Assembly: GCA_964507105.1 (NCBI GenBank)
Contig: CAZDOR010000001.1
Coordinates: 4,722-68,721, forward strand
Direction of reading: 5' to 3'
Origin: an uncultured Candidatus Saccharibacteria bacterium
Lineage (GTDB): Bacteria; Patescibacteriota; Minisyncoccia; Minisyncoccales; PWPS01
DNA length: 64,000 nt
Positions 20,073 to 32,100 of this stretch are shown here, in pieces (position 1 is the first letter of the stretch; every line of letters starts with the position of its first letter). The notes under the pieces are model-generated. The model saw only the letters and a program-made list of their open reading frames with translations, searched no databases and had not been told where the DNA came from. Both the position numbers and the translations under genes were made by a program.

Positions 20073-21035
20073 ATGAGTTTTGATATAGGCATAATAGGAT
20101 TGCCGAATGCGGGAAAATCAACACTTTTCAGGCTTCTGACCGAAGTGGAGGTTGATGTGGATGATTACCCTTTCACTACTATAGATCCCAATATAGGGAT
20201 CGTCAAAATTCCGGACGAAAGAGTGGACAAGATCGCAAAAATAACCAACCCCGAAAAAAAGCTTCATCCGACAATAAAGTTCGTCGATATAGCCGGACTT
20301 ATCGAGGGAGCGCATAAGGGTGAAGGATTGGGAAACAAGTTTCTTTCTCATGTTCGGCCTTGTGACGGTTTAATTCATGTAATAAGAGCTTATGAGGAAG
20401 AAAAAACGCCGACCCCGGAAAAAGACAAGCGAATAATAGAAAAAGAGCTGCTGATGAAAGATTTGGAGCTCTTGGAAAAATTATCTGAAAAAATGAAAAG
20501 AGAGGAAAGAATTGATTTAATAATGAAAATGAAGGAATGGGTGTCCAAGGGAAATCACTTGAAAGAAATGAACTTGTCGAAAGAAGACGTTGAATCGGTA
20601 AAAGAGTTTCAGTTTTTAACCATGAAACCGATTTTTAATCTCTACAACGGCTCCGAAAACGAATTTTCAATTGATCTCAAAATGGAGGAGGAAATAAAAG
20701 AATTGTCCCAAAACGAAAAAGAGGATTTACAAATTAATTCACAGCTTGATGAGTTTTTAATCAAGTGTTATAATTACTTCAACCTGATAACGTTTTTCAC
20801 CATTGCAAAAAAGAAAACTCAGGGATGGTCAATCAGGAAAAACACTCCGATCCAAAAAGCCGGTGAAAAGATACACTCTGATTTTAAAGAAAAATTCAAA
20901 AGAGCAGAGATTACCGATGTAAAATCTCTGATTAATGCGGGTTCTTTCCAAAAAGCTAAGAGTCAAGGAAAAGTTAAGACGGTCGGATCGGACTACAGAG
21001 TTAAAAATGAAGATATAATCGAATTCAAAATATGA
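20073..21035 (+). CDS. ychF: YchF ribosome-binding ATPase (shortened)
   Basis: GLPNAGKST, YPFTTIDPN, DIAGL, GEGLGNKFL, IHSDF. Confidence 0.93.
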   Translation: MSFDIGIIGLPNAGKSTLFRLLTEVEVDVDDYPFTTIDPNIGIVKIPDERVDKIAKITNPEKKLHPTIKFVDIAGLIEGAHKGEGLGNKFLSHVRPCDGLIHVIRAYEEEKTPTPEKDKRIIEKELLMKDLELLEKLSEKMKREERIDLIMKMKEWVSKGNHLKEMNLSKEDVESVKEFQFLTMKPIFNLYNGSENEFSIDLKMEEEIKELSQNEKEDLQINSQLDEFLIKCYNYFNLITFFTIAKKKTQGWSIRKNTPIQKAGEKIHSDFKEKFKRAEITDVKSLINAGSFQKAKSQGKVKTVGSDYRVKNEDIIEFKI

Positions 21036-21469
21036 ACCTTTACGAACTAAACTATTTGATAACACCGAAATTAACCACCGAAGAAGTGGAGAAGTTCTGC
21101 AATGAAATAATCGAGATGCTGAAAGAAACGGACGCCGTTTTGTCTAAAATCGAAAACCCGAAAAAAAGAAAGCTCGCCTATAAAATAAAAAATGCTGAGG
21201 AAGCGTACCTTGTTTCCGCGGACCTGGAAATCGATCCGGAAAAAGTGAAGTTAATAGAAGAAAAATTAAAAAGAAAAGAAAAGATTTTGCGCCATATAAT
21301 AATATCGAAGGAAGCTTCGGAAGATGATGAGGAAGAAAAGAGTATGAGTAAAAAGAGAGAAGACAGTGAACCGAAAAGAGAGGAAGATGATGAGGAAGAA
21401 AAAGCAAAGAAAGAAGATGAAAAAGTAAAATTAAATGAAATCGATAAAAAAATCGATGAAATAATATGA
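21032..21469 (+). CDS. rpsF: 30S ribosomal protein S6
   Basis: YEL start, RKLAYKI, ILRH; rpsF-ssb-rpsR order. Confidence 0.92.
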   Translation: MNLYELNYLITPKLTTEEVEKFCNEIIEMLKETDAVLSKIENPKKRKLAYKIKNAEEAYLVSADLEIDPEKVKLIEEKLKRKEKILRHIIISKEASEDDEEEKSMSKKREDSEPKREEDDEEEKAKKEDEKVKLNEIDKKIDEII

Positions 21470-21900
21470 ACTTCAACAAGGTGATAATCGCCGGAAATTT
21501 AACCGACGACCCGGAGAAAAGAAAGACCGATTCGGGGACGTCGATAGCTAACTTTTCCGTGGCAACCAATAGGTATTATACGGATAATTCCGGAGAGAAA
21601 AAGCAGGAAACGGAATACCACGATGTAGTCTTTTTCGGCAAAACGGCGGAAAACATAACGAAATATCTTTCAAAAGGATCTTCGGTTCTCATAGAAGGAA
21701 GATTGCAAACCAGAAGCTGGGAAGGACAGGACGGAAAAACCAGATATAATACCGAAATAGTGGGAAGAAACATTCAATTCGGTCCAAAAGAAGGAGGTGC
21801 CAAGCCCAATCGCCAAAGCAAAAACAAGAAAGAAAAAGAAGAAGAAATCCCCGTTATCGAAGAAGACGACGATATAGATGTTGAAGATATACCTTTTTAA
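21466..21900 (+). CDS. ssb: Single-stranded DNA-binding protein
   Basis: NKVIIAGNLT, EGRLQTRSW, C-terminal DIPF. Confidence 0.98.
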   Translation: MNFNKVIIAGNLTDDPEKRKTDSGTSIANFSVATNRYYTDNSGEKKQETEYHDVVFFGKTAENITKYLSKGSSVLIEGRLQTRSWEGQDGKTRYNTEIVGRNIQFGPKEGGAKPNRQSKNKKEKEEEIPVIEEDDDIDVEDIPF

Positions 21901-21941
21901 CCAACACGGGTAAACAACACTGAAATTAAACAGAAAAAGTT

Positions 21942-22151
21942 ATGAAACAATGTTACTTTTGTCAACATGAAGTCGAAAGAATAGACTTCAAAGAAACGGA
22001 AATTTTACAAAAATTCATCGATAAAACTCGAAAGATAAAACCGAGAAAAAAAAGCGGACTTTGTGCGGCTCATCAGAGAGAGTTGTCAAAAGCCGTTAAG
22101 AGAGCCAGACAAATGGCTCTTCTTCCATATCAGGAAAAAGTCGACTTTTAA
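21942..22151 (+). CDS. rpsR: 30S ribosomal protein S18 (zinc-binding type)
   Basis: CYFC, GLCAAHQR, AVKRARQMALLPY. Confidence 0.96.
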   Translation: MKQCYFCQHEVERIDFKETEILQKFIDKTRKIKPRKKSGLCAAHQRELSKAVKRARQMALLPYQEKVDF

Positions 22152-22177
22152 ATTTTTTTTCCGGATTCCGTAAAAAT

Positions 22178-22206
22178 AAAAATCTCCCTTTCCCGGGAGA
22201 TTTTTT
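22178..22206. terminator. Bidirectional terminator between rpsR and recA
   Basis: AAAAATCTCCC-TTTCCC-GGGAGATTTTT. Confidence 0.8.
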
Positions 22207-22228
22207 ATTTATCGGAAGAATATTTTTC

Positions 22229-23302
22229 TCACTTGTTCTCTTCACGCTTCTTTTTCATTTTTTTCTTTATTTCCGCTTCGATCTCTTCCGCTATCTCTTT
22301 ATTTTCTTCTAAAAATTGCTTCGAATTACTCTTTCCTTGACCTAATTTCTTGTCATCATAGCTGTACCAGGATCCAGCCTTTTCAACTACATCCATCTCT
22401 ACACCGACCTTCAGCAAATCACCGTAATAAGATATCCCCTCATTGTAATAGATATCGAATTGAGCCTTACGGAACGGAGCTCCAACTTTGTTTTTAACGA
22501 CCTTGGCTACGACTCTGTTACCTATTATCTCTCCCTTGGATTTTATTTGCGCTCTTCTGGAAAGACTTATTCTAACCGAAGAATAAAACTTCAGAGCCAG
22601 TCCGCCGGAAGTGGTTCGGGGGTTTCCGAATTTAACCCCGATTTTCATTCTTGTCTGATTTAAAAAGATGACCGTGGTGTCCGTTTCAGAAATTACCCTC
22701 GATAATTTTCTCAGAGCCGAAGACATTAACTTAGCTTGTTTTCCGATCTGCGCATCACCAACCTCTCCAGCGATTTCACTTTTCGGCGCCAATGCAGCAA
22801 CCGAATCGACAGCTATCACATCAACCTCTCCGGAACGGACCAGAGTTTCAACTATTTGTAAAGCTTGCTCACCGGAGTCGGGCTGAGATATGAGCAATTC
22901 ATCAATATCAACACCTATTTTTTTCGCGTACTGAGGATCCAAAGCATTTTCCACGTCAATAAAAGCAGCTACTCCTCCCTTCTTTTGAGCCTCGGCAACA
23001 ATATGAAGAGAGAGGGTCGTTTTGCCGGTTGAAGCAGAACCGAAAATTTCAACAACTCTACCTCGAGGAACTCCGCCGACCCCAAGCGCCATATCCAAAG
23101 AAAAGGATCCCGTCGGTATGGAATCAACATCCACCGCCTTTAAATCCTTCAATTTCATCAAAGACCCCTCACCGAACTTCTGTTTAATTTCTTTCATAGC
23201 TTCCTTCAATTCCTTGCTTTCCGTTTTTTTCTTCTCTTTCTTCTTTTTTTTCTTTTTCTTCTTTTTTTCGCTTTTATCACTTTTTTTCTTTTTTTTGGCC
23301 AT
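22229..23302 (-). CDS. recA: Recombinase RecA with poly-Lys N-terminal extension
   Basis: GKTT Walker [30 protein letters not shown]. Confidence 0.99.
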   Translation of the reverse strand: MAKKKKKSDKSEKKKKKKKKKKEKKKTESKELKEAMKEIKQKFGEGSLMKLKDLKAVDVDSIPTGSFSLDMALGVGGVPRGRVVEIFGSASTGKTTLSLHIVAEAQKKGGVAAFIDVENALDPQYAKKIGVDIDELLISQPDSGEQALQIVETLVRSGEVDVIAVDSVAALAPKSEIAGEVGDAQIGKQAKLMSSALRKLSRVISETDTTVIFLNQTRMKIGVKFGNPRTTSGGLALKFYSSVRISLSRRAQIKSKGEIIGNRVVAKVVKNKVGAPFRKAQFDIYYNEGISYYGDLLKVGVEMDVVEKAGSWYSYDDKKLGQGKSNSKQFLEENKEIAEEIEAEIKKKMKKKREENK

Positions 23303-23338
23303 AATAAATTGTGAACCTTGATTTATAAAATTTAATAT

Positions 23339-25480
23339 TTATTCATCATTTATTTCTCGGGTCTTAAAATCACTTTCTTCGGAATCATCTTCGCTTCCTT
23401 CTCCGTAAACTACCCTCGGTTTGGATCCGCGAGAGGGACCAACTATATTTCTGGCCTCAAGCATGTCCAATATTCTGGCCGCCCTGACGTACCCTATGCG
23501 TAATTTTCTTTGCAGCATGGAGGCTGAAGCCTTGTCCGCTCGTATAACCAAATCCTTGGCATCTTCATAAAGTTCATCTTCTTCCATGTCGTCTTCAATC
23601 TTTTGAGCTCTATCCTTTTCAAGCTCCTCTTCCAGCTCTTCGCCCAAATCATCATCATCTTCTTCAATCGACTCAACCTTGTCAACGAGCCAATTTACAA
23701 TTTTTTTGGTTTCTTCCTCGGAAACGAAAGGTCCCTGGACACGTCTCGGTTTAGAGCTGTTATTGGAAGATATAAAGAGCATATCACCGGCTCCGAGCAA
23801 TCTTTCCGCACCTCCCATATCCAAAATAGTTCTGGAGTCGACTTGAGAGGCGACTTGGAAGCTGACTCGAGAAGTTATGTTGGCTTTGATCAGTCCGGTA
23901 ATTACCTCCACCGAGGGTCTCTGAGTAGCAAGTATCAAATGGATTCCAACTGCCCTGGCCATTTGAGCTATGCGAACAATTCCGCTTTCAATCTCATTTT
24001 GTTTTTTAGCCATTAAATCAGCAAGCTCATCAACGACCAAGACTATGTAAGGCATCACCTCTTCATCTTCTTGTTTTTTAGCCCATTCATTATAACTTCT
24101 GATATTTCTCTTTTTACTTTCGGACAAGACATCAAACCTTCTTTCCATCTCTCCGATAAGCCATTCAAGAGCGTTGTGGGTTTTTTCCGCATCGTAGATT
24201 ACGGAGGTTAAAAGGTGAGGAAGTCTTTTGTATAGAGAGAACTCGACTCTTTTCGGGTCAACCAAAATCAATCTCAAATCTTCCGGGGAGTTTTTATAAA
24301 TTAAGCTAAGTATCAAAGTGTTCAAAAATATGGTTTTACCCGAACCGGTGGCGCCGGCAACCAGGAGATGAGGCATTTTGGCTAAATCGGCATAGATGGA
24401 GTTTCCGGAAACATCTTTTCCGACGGCCAACGTTAAAGAAGATTTTTTCTTTGAAAATTCTCTACCCAACAAATCTCTGAGTCTTATCATTTCCCTATCC
24501 TCATTCGGAACCTCTATACCAACCAACGACTTTCCCGGGATTGGAGCTTCCGTTCTCACCGGATGTTTGGCCAAGGCGAGAGCCAGATCGTCGGAAAGAG
24601 AGGTTATTTTGGATAATTTTATTCCTTCCGCCGGCTTTAAAGTGTATTGAGTTACCGTCGGGCCGACATTTATTTCCGACATGGAGACGGAAATATCGAA
24701 ATTGGAAAACGTTTCCTTTATTATTTTCGAGTTCTTTTTAGTGTCACCCGGATCAGCGCTACCTCCTCCTTTTTCAAGAAGCTTCAAGGGCGGGGTCACT
24801 CCTTTCTTTTTGGTGCCGGTAGTTTTTTCTTTTTCCGAGCCTTTCTCTTCTTTTTCATTTTTATTTTTCTCAACTTTTTTTGTTTCTATTTTCTCCGTTT
24901 CAAAGCTCGGGGCGAATATCTTTTTAATTACAGACGGTTTTTCTTCTTTTTTTCGTTTTCTCTTTTCAAAAAAGTTTTCAACCGCCTCAACAAAAGAAGC
25001 TTCTCGGTAAAGAAGCTGCCAAAAAATTATCAACCCCACTGTCATCGTTATGAAAAAAATCAACAAACCGGCAGGAAGACCAAAAAAATCCCTTAAAGGA
25101 AGCAAGATTTCCCCGACTTGCCCGCCGATATAATTCGGGTCCTCAACGCGATTAAAATTACCACCCAGGGTGGTAAAAAATCCGGTCGAACCGAGAAGAA
25201 CGAATAGAAATCCGACAATGAGAGGTAATAAAAATTCTTCATATTCGGTTCTTAAAAATATCCATCCGGAAATCAAAAGTAAAAAGGGGATCAAAGTAGC
25301 CATAAACCCGAAAAGATTATCAAAAAAGATAATCTCCAACCACCGACCGGCTTTCCCGGCTGCATCGAATATACTCAATATTCCTATTATCGCGAAAAGA
25401 AAAAGGAGGAGGCTGACAATAATCCTCCTCATTTTCTTGGAAAAAAACGGCTCTTTCTTTTCTTTTTTCTTTTTCCCCAT
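23339..25480 (-). CDS. ftsK: DNA translocase FtsK/SpoIIIE
   Basis: 4-TM N-terminus, PHLLVAGATGSGK, ATQRPS, gamma domain ASASMLQRKLRIGY. Confidence 0.97.
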   Translation of the reverse strand: MGKKKKEKKEPFFSKKMRRIIVSLLLFLFAIIGILSIFDAAGKAGRWLEIIFFDNLFGFMATLIPFLLLISGWIFLRTEYEEFLLPLIVGFLFVLLGSTGFFTTLGGNFNRVEDPNYIGGQVGEILLPLRDFFGLPAGLLIFFITMTVGLIIFWQLLYREASFVEAVENFFEKRKRKKEEKPSVIKKIFAPSFETEKIETKKVEKNKNEKEEKGSEKEKTTGTKKKGVTPPLKLLEKGGGSADPGDTKKNSKIIKETFSNFDISVSMSEINVGPTVTQYTLKPAEGIKLSKITSLSDDLALALAKHPVRTEAPIPGKSLVGIEVPNEDREMIRLRDLLGREFSKKKSSLTLAVGKDVSGNSIYADLAKMPHLLVAGATGSGKTIFLNTLILSLIYKNSPEDLRLILVDPKRVEFSLYKRLPHLLTSVIYDAEKTHNALEWLIGEMERRFDVLSESKKRNIRSYNEWAKKQEDEEVMPYIVLVVDELADLMAKKQNEIESGIVRIAQMARAVGIHLILATQRPSVEVITGLIKANITSRVSFQVASQVDSRTILDMGGAERLLGAGDMLFISSNNSSKPRRVQGPFVSEEETKKIVNWLVDKVESIEEDDDDLGEELEEELEKDRAQKIEDDMEEDELYEDAKDLVIRADKASASMLQRKLRIGYVRAARILDMLEARNIVGPSRGSKPRVVYGEGSEDDSEESDFKTREINDE

Positions 25481-25521
25481 AACTGTTTAATTATACCACG
25501 AAACGGTACAATTTAAAGGGA

Positions 25522-28500
25522 TTACAAATCTCCTTCCTCGAGACCGGTTCCGGCAGGTATTAATTTTCCTATGATTACATTCTCCTTGAGCCCTTTTAAC
25601 GGGTCCACTTTGCCTTCCAGAGAAGCCTCTATGAGAACTTTGGAGGTTTGCTGGAAGGAAGCGGCGGAAAGGAAGGAGTCCGTGTTGAGAGCTACTTTGG
25701 ATATTCCCAGTAGAATGGGTTCGGCTTTGGGTGGTTGCTTTCCGTCATTTTCCATTTTCTCTCTCTTTTTTTCAAAAACTTCTCTTTCAATTATTTGTTT
25801 GGGAGTTAAAAAAGAATCGCCCGGATCAGTGATTTTCATTCGTGAAGTCATTTGCTTGACTACGACTTCCAAATGCTTGTCATGGATATCAACTCCCTGA
25901 GAAACATAAACCTTTTGGGCTTCTTTCAAAATGTATTTTTTGGTATTTTTCAATCCTTTGGCTTTGAAATAATCTTCCAGATCAAGATTACCTTCACAAA
26001 GCTGGGTCCCCGGCTCAACTCTTTCTCCTCTTTTCACCCATATCGCTTTGTTGGAGTCAATTTTATAGGACTTAACTTCTTCCTTTTTGGTTTTGCTTTC
26101 ATCAACTCTTATTTTTACGACTCCGTCATCCTTGTTAACCTCAATAACTTTTCCTTCCACCTCGGCCATCTGAGCTTTTCCTTTGGGGGTTCTAACCTCA
26201 AAAATCTCTTGAACTCTCGGAAGTCCCATGGTAATATCGGTCCCTCCGGCAACTCCGCCGGTGTGAAAAGTTCTCATCGTAAGTTGTGTTCCCGGCTCCC
26301 CAATGGCTTGAGCAGCTACTATTCCGACAGCGTCTCCCACCTTAACCATTTTATTTCTTCCCAACTCCCAACCGTAGCATTTACAACAAACTCCGCTCAC
26401 TGAATTGCAGGTCATTACCGACCTGACCCTGACGGAATCGATGTTGCTTTTCTTTATCTTTTCGGTAGCATTCACGTCTATTACTTCTCCTTCTTTTACC
26501 ACCGTTTCACCTTTTATTTCTATATCCTCAATCGCTGTTTTTCCGCTGATTTTAAATTCAAAGTCTTGATCGATTTCATCAGAATCCTCTTTTTTTACCA
26601 AAATTCCTTCATCTTCTCCACAATCTTCTTCCGTAACTATAACTTCGTGAGAGACGTCTACGAGTCTTCTTGTCAAATAACCGGCACTCGCCGTTCTGAG
26701 AGCGGTGTCGACAGTTCCTTTTCTGGCTCCGTGAGTAGAAATAAAGTATTCGAGAACATCAAGTCCTTCCTTGAAAGAGCTTTTTACCGGAAGTTCTATA
26801 ATTTCACCTGAGGGATTAACCACTAATCCTTTCATTCCCGCCATCTGTATCGGTTGCGACCAAGACCCACGAGAGCCGGATTCGGTTATCGTGAGAACGG
26901 ATCCGTATTCGGGTAATTCGTCCGGAACTAAATCTTCCACTTCATTTTTTGCTTTGGTCCAAATTTCTATTACTTTATCCTCGCGTTCCGAATCGGAAAA
27001 GAGACCTTGTTCGAAATACTCCTCAACTTCCTTCGTTTTTTCTTCCGCTCTTTCGATTACTTCCTCTTTTTTATCGGGTATAACAAGATCGTCCATCCCC
27101 CAAGAAATTCCAGAAAAAGTAGAATACTTAAACCCGAGATTTTTTATTTCATCGAGCATGTGGTGAGCGTCTTCCGGATCGAACTTCTTGATTATTTCCG
27201 CAATCACTCCTTTGAGTGTTCCCGAATCCATGGTTTTATTTTTAAAGGGTATTCCGTCGGGCAACGCTTGGTTAAAAATAAGACGACCAACGGTAGTTTC
27301 TACCATTTCACCGTCGATTCGAACTTTTATTTTCGCCCGGATATTAACCTTTTCATATTCAAGAGCCAGCTTAGCTTCGGAGGGAGAAGAAAATATCTCC
27401 CCTTCTCCATTTTGATCCTCTTCAATTTGAGTCATCCAATAACAACCGAGGACCATGTCCTGAGAAGGAGAAACGATCGGCTTTCCCGTTGCGGGTTTTA
27501 ATAAATTCTTGGAGGAAAGCATCAATTTTTTCGCTTCATCTTGAGCCTTCTCGGATAGCGGTAAATGAACTGCCATCTGATCACCGTCAAAATCGGCATT
27601 AAAAGCTTCACAAACCAGAGGGTGTATTCTTATCGCTTCTCCCTCGGTCAATACCGGTTTAAACGCTTGTATTCCCAGCCTATGAAGGGTTGGCGCCCTA
27701 TTTAAAAGAACAACTTTTCCTTTCACCACTTCTTCCAAAATCGGCCAAACTTCATCATCTTTTTCATCTATCATTTTAGTTGCTCCTTTAACATTGTAAG
27801 CCAAGTCTCGGTCGAGTATTTTTTGAATTATAAAGGGTTTGAAAATTTCGAGAGCCATATTTTTTGGTAGTCCGCATTCATCCAAATCCAGTTCGGGGCC
27901 GACCACTATGACCGATCGCCCGGAATAATCAACTCTTTTTCCCAACAGGTTTTGCCTGAACCTTCCCTGTTTTCCTTTTAACATGTCCGCTAAAGATTTG
28001 AGGAGTCTTTGTCCTCCCGTGGAAGCTTGAGTAACTACTCCTTTTCTCATCTGGTTGTCTATCAGTGCATCAACCGCTTCCTGAAGCATTCTTTTTTCGT
28101 TTCGAACGATAACTTCGGGCGCTTCAATATCGAGTAGATTCTTTAATCTGTTATTCCTGTTTATAACTCGCCGATAAAGGTCATTCAAGTCAGAGGAGGC
28201 ATACCGACCTCCATCGAGTTGAATTATCGGTCTCAAATCGGGGGGCAAAACCGGCAAAACCGTCGGAAACATCCATTCCGGCCTTATATCAGCTTTTTTT
28301 ATGGCTCTAAAAACCTTTAATCTTTTTAAGTACTTTTTTTTCTTCGACTTGGATCCAGTTTCATTCTTTTTTTCGGTGAGCTCTTTAATTTTTTCTTCCA
28401 GATTAATATTTTCGAATATTTCCCGAAGAACTTCCGCACCGGTTCCAGCTTTAAATATATTACCATACTTTCGCTTGTATCGGTGATATTCCACTTCGGT

Positions 28501-29091
28501 CAATATTGATTTTTTCTTTATTGATTTTATTTCTTCCTTGGTTTTGTCTCTTGATTTTCTTAATTTCTCCAAAGACTTCTCCAACTCTTCTCCTTTTAAG
28601 TTATCTTTTCTTTTTTTCTTCTTTCTTTTAAATTCTTCTTTCAATTTTTCCAAAACTGAATCCTTTTCTTCTTCATTTACTTCAGTAACTATATAGCCGG
28701 TAAAATAAACAACTTTTTCTAACTTCTTTTTGGAAATGCCCAAAATCAATCCCATCTTAGAAGGAATTCCTCGAAGATACCAGATATGAGAAACCGGAGC
28801 GGCCAACTTGATGTGTCCCATTCTGGATCTTCTAACCGAAGATTTGGTCACTTCGACTCCACAACGATCACAAACTATTCCCTTGTATCTTATTTTCTTG
28901 TATTTCCCGCAATAGCACTGATAGTCCTTTTCCGGGCCGAAAATACGTTCGCAAAATAGTCCGTTTTTTTCCGGCTTTTGGTTTCTGTAATTTATCGTTT
29001 CGGCTTCAGTCACCTCACCGTGAGACCAATCCAAAATGTCGTCGGGAGAGGCTAATTTTATTTTGATCGCATTTACATCTTCTACACGCAT
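25522..29091 (-). CDS. rpoC: RNA polymerase beta' subunit
   Basis: GLFCERIFGP, NADFDGDQM, GEPGTQLTMRTFH. Confidence 0.99.
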   Translation of the reverse strand: MRVEDVNAIKIKLASPDDILDWSHGEVTEAETINYRNQKPEKNGLFCERIFGPEKDYQCYCGKYKKIRYKGIVCDRCGVEVTKSSVRRSRMGHIKLAAPVSHIWYLRGIPSKMGLILGISKKKLEKVVYFTGYIVTEVNEEEKDSVLEKLKEEFKRKKKKRKDNLKGEELEKSLEKLRKSRDKTKEEIKSIKKKSILTEVEYHRYKRKYGNIFKAGTGAEVLREIFENINLEEKIKELTEKKNETGSKSKKKKYLKRLKVFRAIKKADIRPEWMFPTVLPVLPPDLRPIIQLDGGRYASSDLNDLYRRVINRNNRLKNLLDIEAPEVIVRNEKRMLQEAVDALIDNQMRKGVVTQASTGGQRLLKSLADMLKGKQGRFRQNLLGKRVDYSGRSVIVVGPELDLDECGLPKNMALEIFKPFIIQKILDRDLAYNVKGATKMIDEKDDEVWPILEEVVKGKVVLLNRAPTLHRLGIQAFKPVLTEGEAIRIHPLVCEAFNADFDGDQMAVHLPLSEKAQDEAKKLMLSSKNLLKPATGKPIVSPSQDMVLGCYWMTQIEEDQNGEGEIFSSPSEAKLALEYEKVNIRAKIKVRIDGEMVETTVGRLIFNQALPDGIPFKNKTMDSGTLKGVIAEIIKKFDPEDAHHMLDEIKNLGFKYSTFSGISWGMDDLVIPDKKEEVIERAEEKTKEVEEYFEQGLFSDSEREDKVIEIWTKAKNEVEDLVPDELPEYGSVLTITESGSRGSWSQPIQMAGMKGLVVNPSGEIIELPVKSSFKEGLDVLEYFISTHGARKGTVDTALRTASAGYLTRRLVDVSHEVIVTEEDCGEDEGILVKKEDSDEIDQDFEFKISGKTAIEDIEIKGETVVKEGEVIDVNATEKIKKSNIDSVRVRSVMTCNSVSGVCCKCYGWELGRNKMVKVGDAVGIVAAQAIGEPGTQLTMRTFHTGGVAGGTDITMGLPRVQEIFEVRTPKGKAQMAEVEGKVIEVNKDDGVVKIRVDESKTKKEEVKSYKIDSNKAIWVKRGERVEPGTQLCEGNLDLEDYFKAKGLKNTKKYILKEAQKVYVSQGVDIHDKHLEVVVKQMTSRMKITDPGDSFLTPKQIIEREVFEKKREKMENDGKQPPKAEPILLGISKVALNTDSFLSAASFQQTSKVLIEASLEGKVDPLKGLKENVIIGKLIPAGTGLEEGDL

Positions 29092-29124
29092 AGTTTAGAT
29101 TTGGTTATATTTCCGGTTTGGAAA

Positions 29125-32100
29125 TTATTTTTCTTTTTTTACTTGAATGTTTAATCCGATGGCTTTCATTTCCGAAAGTAAAAGTTGAAAAGAGGCGGGC
29201 AAATTGGGTTTTTTGATATCTTCTCCTTTCAGTATGGCCTCATAAGCTGCTGCTCTACCGGGAACATCATCCGATTTGATAGTCAGCATTTCCTGTAGAG
29301 TGTGAGCGGCACCGTATCCCTGCAAAGCCCAAACCTCCATTTCTCCGAATCTCTGTCCTCCGAATTGTGCCTTACCTCCCAGAGGCTGTTGAGTGATTAA
29401 GGAATACGGCCCGATAGCCCTCATATGTATTTTATCCTCGATCATATGAATTAATTTGAGCAAATACATGTATCCGACCGTTACCTTTCGAGGAAATGGT
29501 TTTCCCGTTCTTCCGTCATAAATCTTCAGTTGTCCATCTTCCGGATATCCGGCTTTTTTCAACTCTTTTTTTATATCTTCATTGGTGGCGCCGGAAAGAG
29601 CGGGAGTTTCCGCCAAATAATTCAACTCTTCAGCTGCCAGCCCCAAATGAGTTTCCATTATTTGTCCGATATTCATCCGTGAAATAACTCCCAACGGGTT
29701 TAAAACCACATCAACCGGAGTCCCGTCTTCCAGAAAGGGCATCTCCTCTTCAGGTAAGACGGTAGAAATAACTCCCTTATTTCCGTGCCTTCCGGAAAGC
29801 TTGTCTCCGGTTTTTATTTTTCTCATCTGTGCTACTCTCACTTCAACTTTCTTAATAATTCCGGTATCCAATTTATGTCCCTTTTCGCGTGAAAAAACCT
29901 TTATTCCCACGACTCTCCCTCTTTTTCCATGCTTCATTCTCAGAGAGGAATCCTTTACATCTTTGGCTTTTTCTCCAAATATAGCCTTAAGCAGTCTTTC
30001 TTCCGGCGTCAGTTCAGCTTTTCCCTTCGGAGAAATTTTTCCGACTAAAATATCTCCGGGCCCGACTTCGGCACCGATTCTTATTATTCCTTCCTCATCC
30101 AAGTCTTTTAGTTTTTCTTCAGAAACATTCGGAATATCGCTGGTGGTTTCTTCAGGACCCAGTTTAGTTTCCCTAACATCACAAGTAAAATTTTCTATAT
30201 GCACGGAAGTATAAACGTCATCTTTGACCAGCCGTTCGGAAACCACGATAGCATCTTCGAAATTGTAACCACGCCAAGGAAGAAAAGCAACCAAAGCGTT
30301 TTGACCCAGTGCCAGTCTTCCTTCGGCAATAGAGCCACCGTCGGACAGAACTTCATTTTTTTCAACTTTATCTCCCTTATCTACGGTCGGTTTTTGATGA
30401 AAGCAAGTATAATTGTTGGTATGTGAAAAAGTTTCCAATTCGTGATCATATTTTTTACCATCATTCGCTTTAATCGTAATTTTTTCTCCATCCACATAAG
30501 TAACTTCCCCGTCCGCTTTAGCCAACACGGCATGCCCGGAATCTTGGGCTACTTTTTTTTCTATTCCGGTTCCTACCAGGGGAGGGTTCGGCTTCAAAAG
30601 AGGAACCGCCTGTCTTTGCATGTTGGCTCCCATTAAAGCTCTGTTAGCATCATCATTTTGTAAAAAAGGTATCACCGAAGCGGCCACCGATACAAGCTGC
30701 TCAGCAGCTACATCGATGTAATCTATTTCCTTTTTATCCACCATAGTCGGCTCTCCTCCCGTTCTGGCCTCCACTCTGTCTTTGACTATTTTTCCATTTT
30801 TGATCTCAATACCCCCGTGAGTTATATTGTATTTTTCTTCTTCATGAGCGTCCAAATAATCCACTTGATCGGTTATTTTTCCGTCTTCCACTTTGTAGTA
30901 GGGAGTCTCTACGAATCCGTATCTGTTTACCCTGGAATACAAAGAAAAGTGGTTCACCAATCCGACATTGGATCCTTCCGGTGTTTGAATCGGGCAAATC
31001 CTTCCATAGTGAGAAGCTTGGACATCCCTGGCTTCGAATCCGGCCCTCTCTCTGGTCAATCCCCCCGGTCCCGTTGCAGTCAGTCTCCTCTTGTGTTCCA
31101 ATTCAGCCAAGGGATTTTCCTGATCCATGAATTGAGAAATTGCGGAAGAAGAAAAAAACTTTTGGACTGCCGAAGCGAACGGACGGGCATTAATCAATTT
31201 CGAAGGGTTGAGATCGTCATCTTCGGCGGTAGAAATCTTGTCCTTTACATTTCTATCTATTCGCATTAAAGAAACTCTCAATTTATTCTCCAAAAGCTCG
31301 GTAAAAGCTCTTACTCTCCTGTTTCCCAGGTGATCAATCTTGTCTTCTTCAGCTTCGGGATCGTTGTTCAATCTAATTATTTCTCTTATCACGGCAATAA
31401 CATCTTCAGTAGTTAATGTTCTGTCTTCGGTAGTGATGTCTCTTTCTTCTTCCGGTTTCAATTCGGGTAGGCGCTGCCAGGTCCTCCATCGACCCACCTC
31501 GGACAAATCATATCTGTCAAAATTAAAAAACGTATTTTCGACCAGCTCCTTGGCCGGATCGGGAGTTACGGCTTCTCCCGGTCTCATTCTCCTATATATT
31601 TCCATAACCGCTTCTTTTCTGTTTTTGGAGGGGTCTCTTTCCAGAGTTTTGTTTATATGAGAAATATCACTTTTGTCTACATCGGCAAATAACTTCTTTA
31701 TCTCCGCATCGGTTCCCTTTTTCATTTCTTTCTTGCCGACACCGAGAGCCCTGAGTAAAGTAGTAGCGGGAACCTTTCTGCGTCTATCTATTTTCACTCC
31801 AACAAAGCCGTCCGGCTCGGAAATGAATTCTAACCAGGTTCCCCGATTGGGAATAATTTTGGCACCGAAAACCTTTTTTCCTTTCTTTTCTTCAGCGGTA
31901 AAAAAAGCGCCCGGTGATCTTATCAGTTGTGAAACAGCGACCCTTTCGACTCCGTTAACTATAAAAGTTCCTCTTTCACTCATCAGGGGAAAATCACAAA
32001 GAAATATTTCCTGTTTTTTAGTTGTCTCCGTTTCCAGATTTTTAAGTTCAACTTCAACTTTGAGAGGAGCAGTATAAGAATCGTTGTTTTCCCGTGCTTC

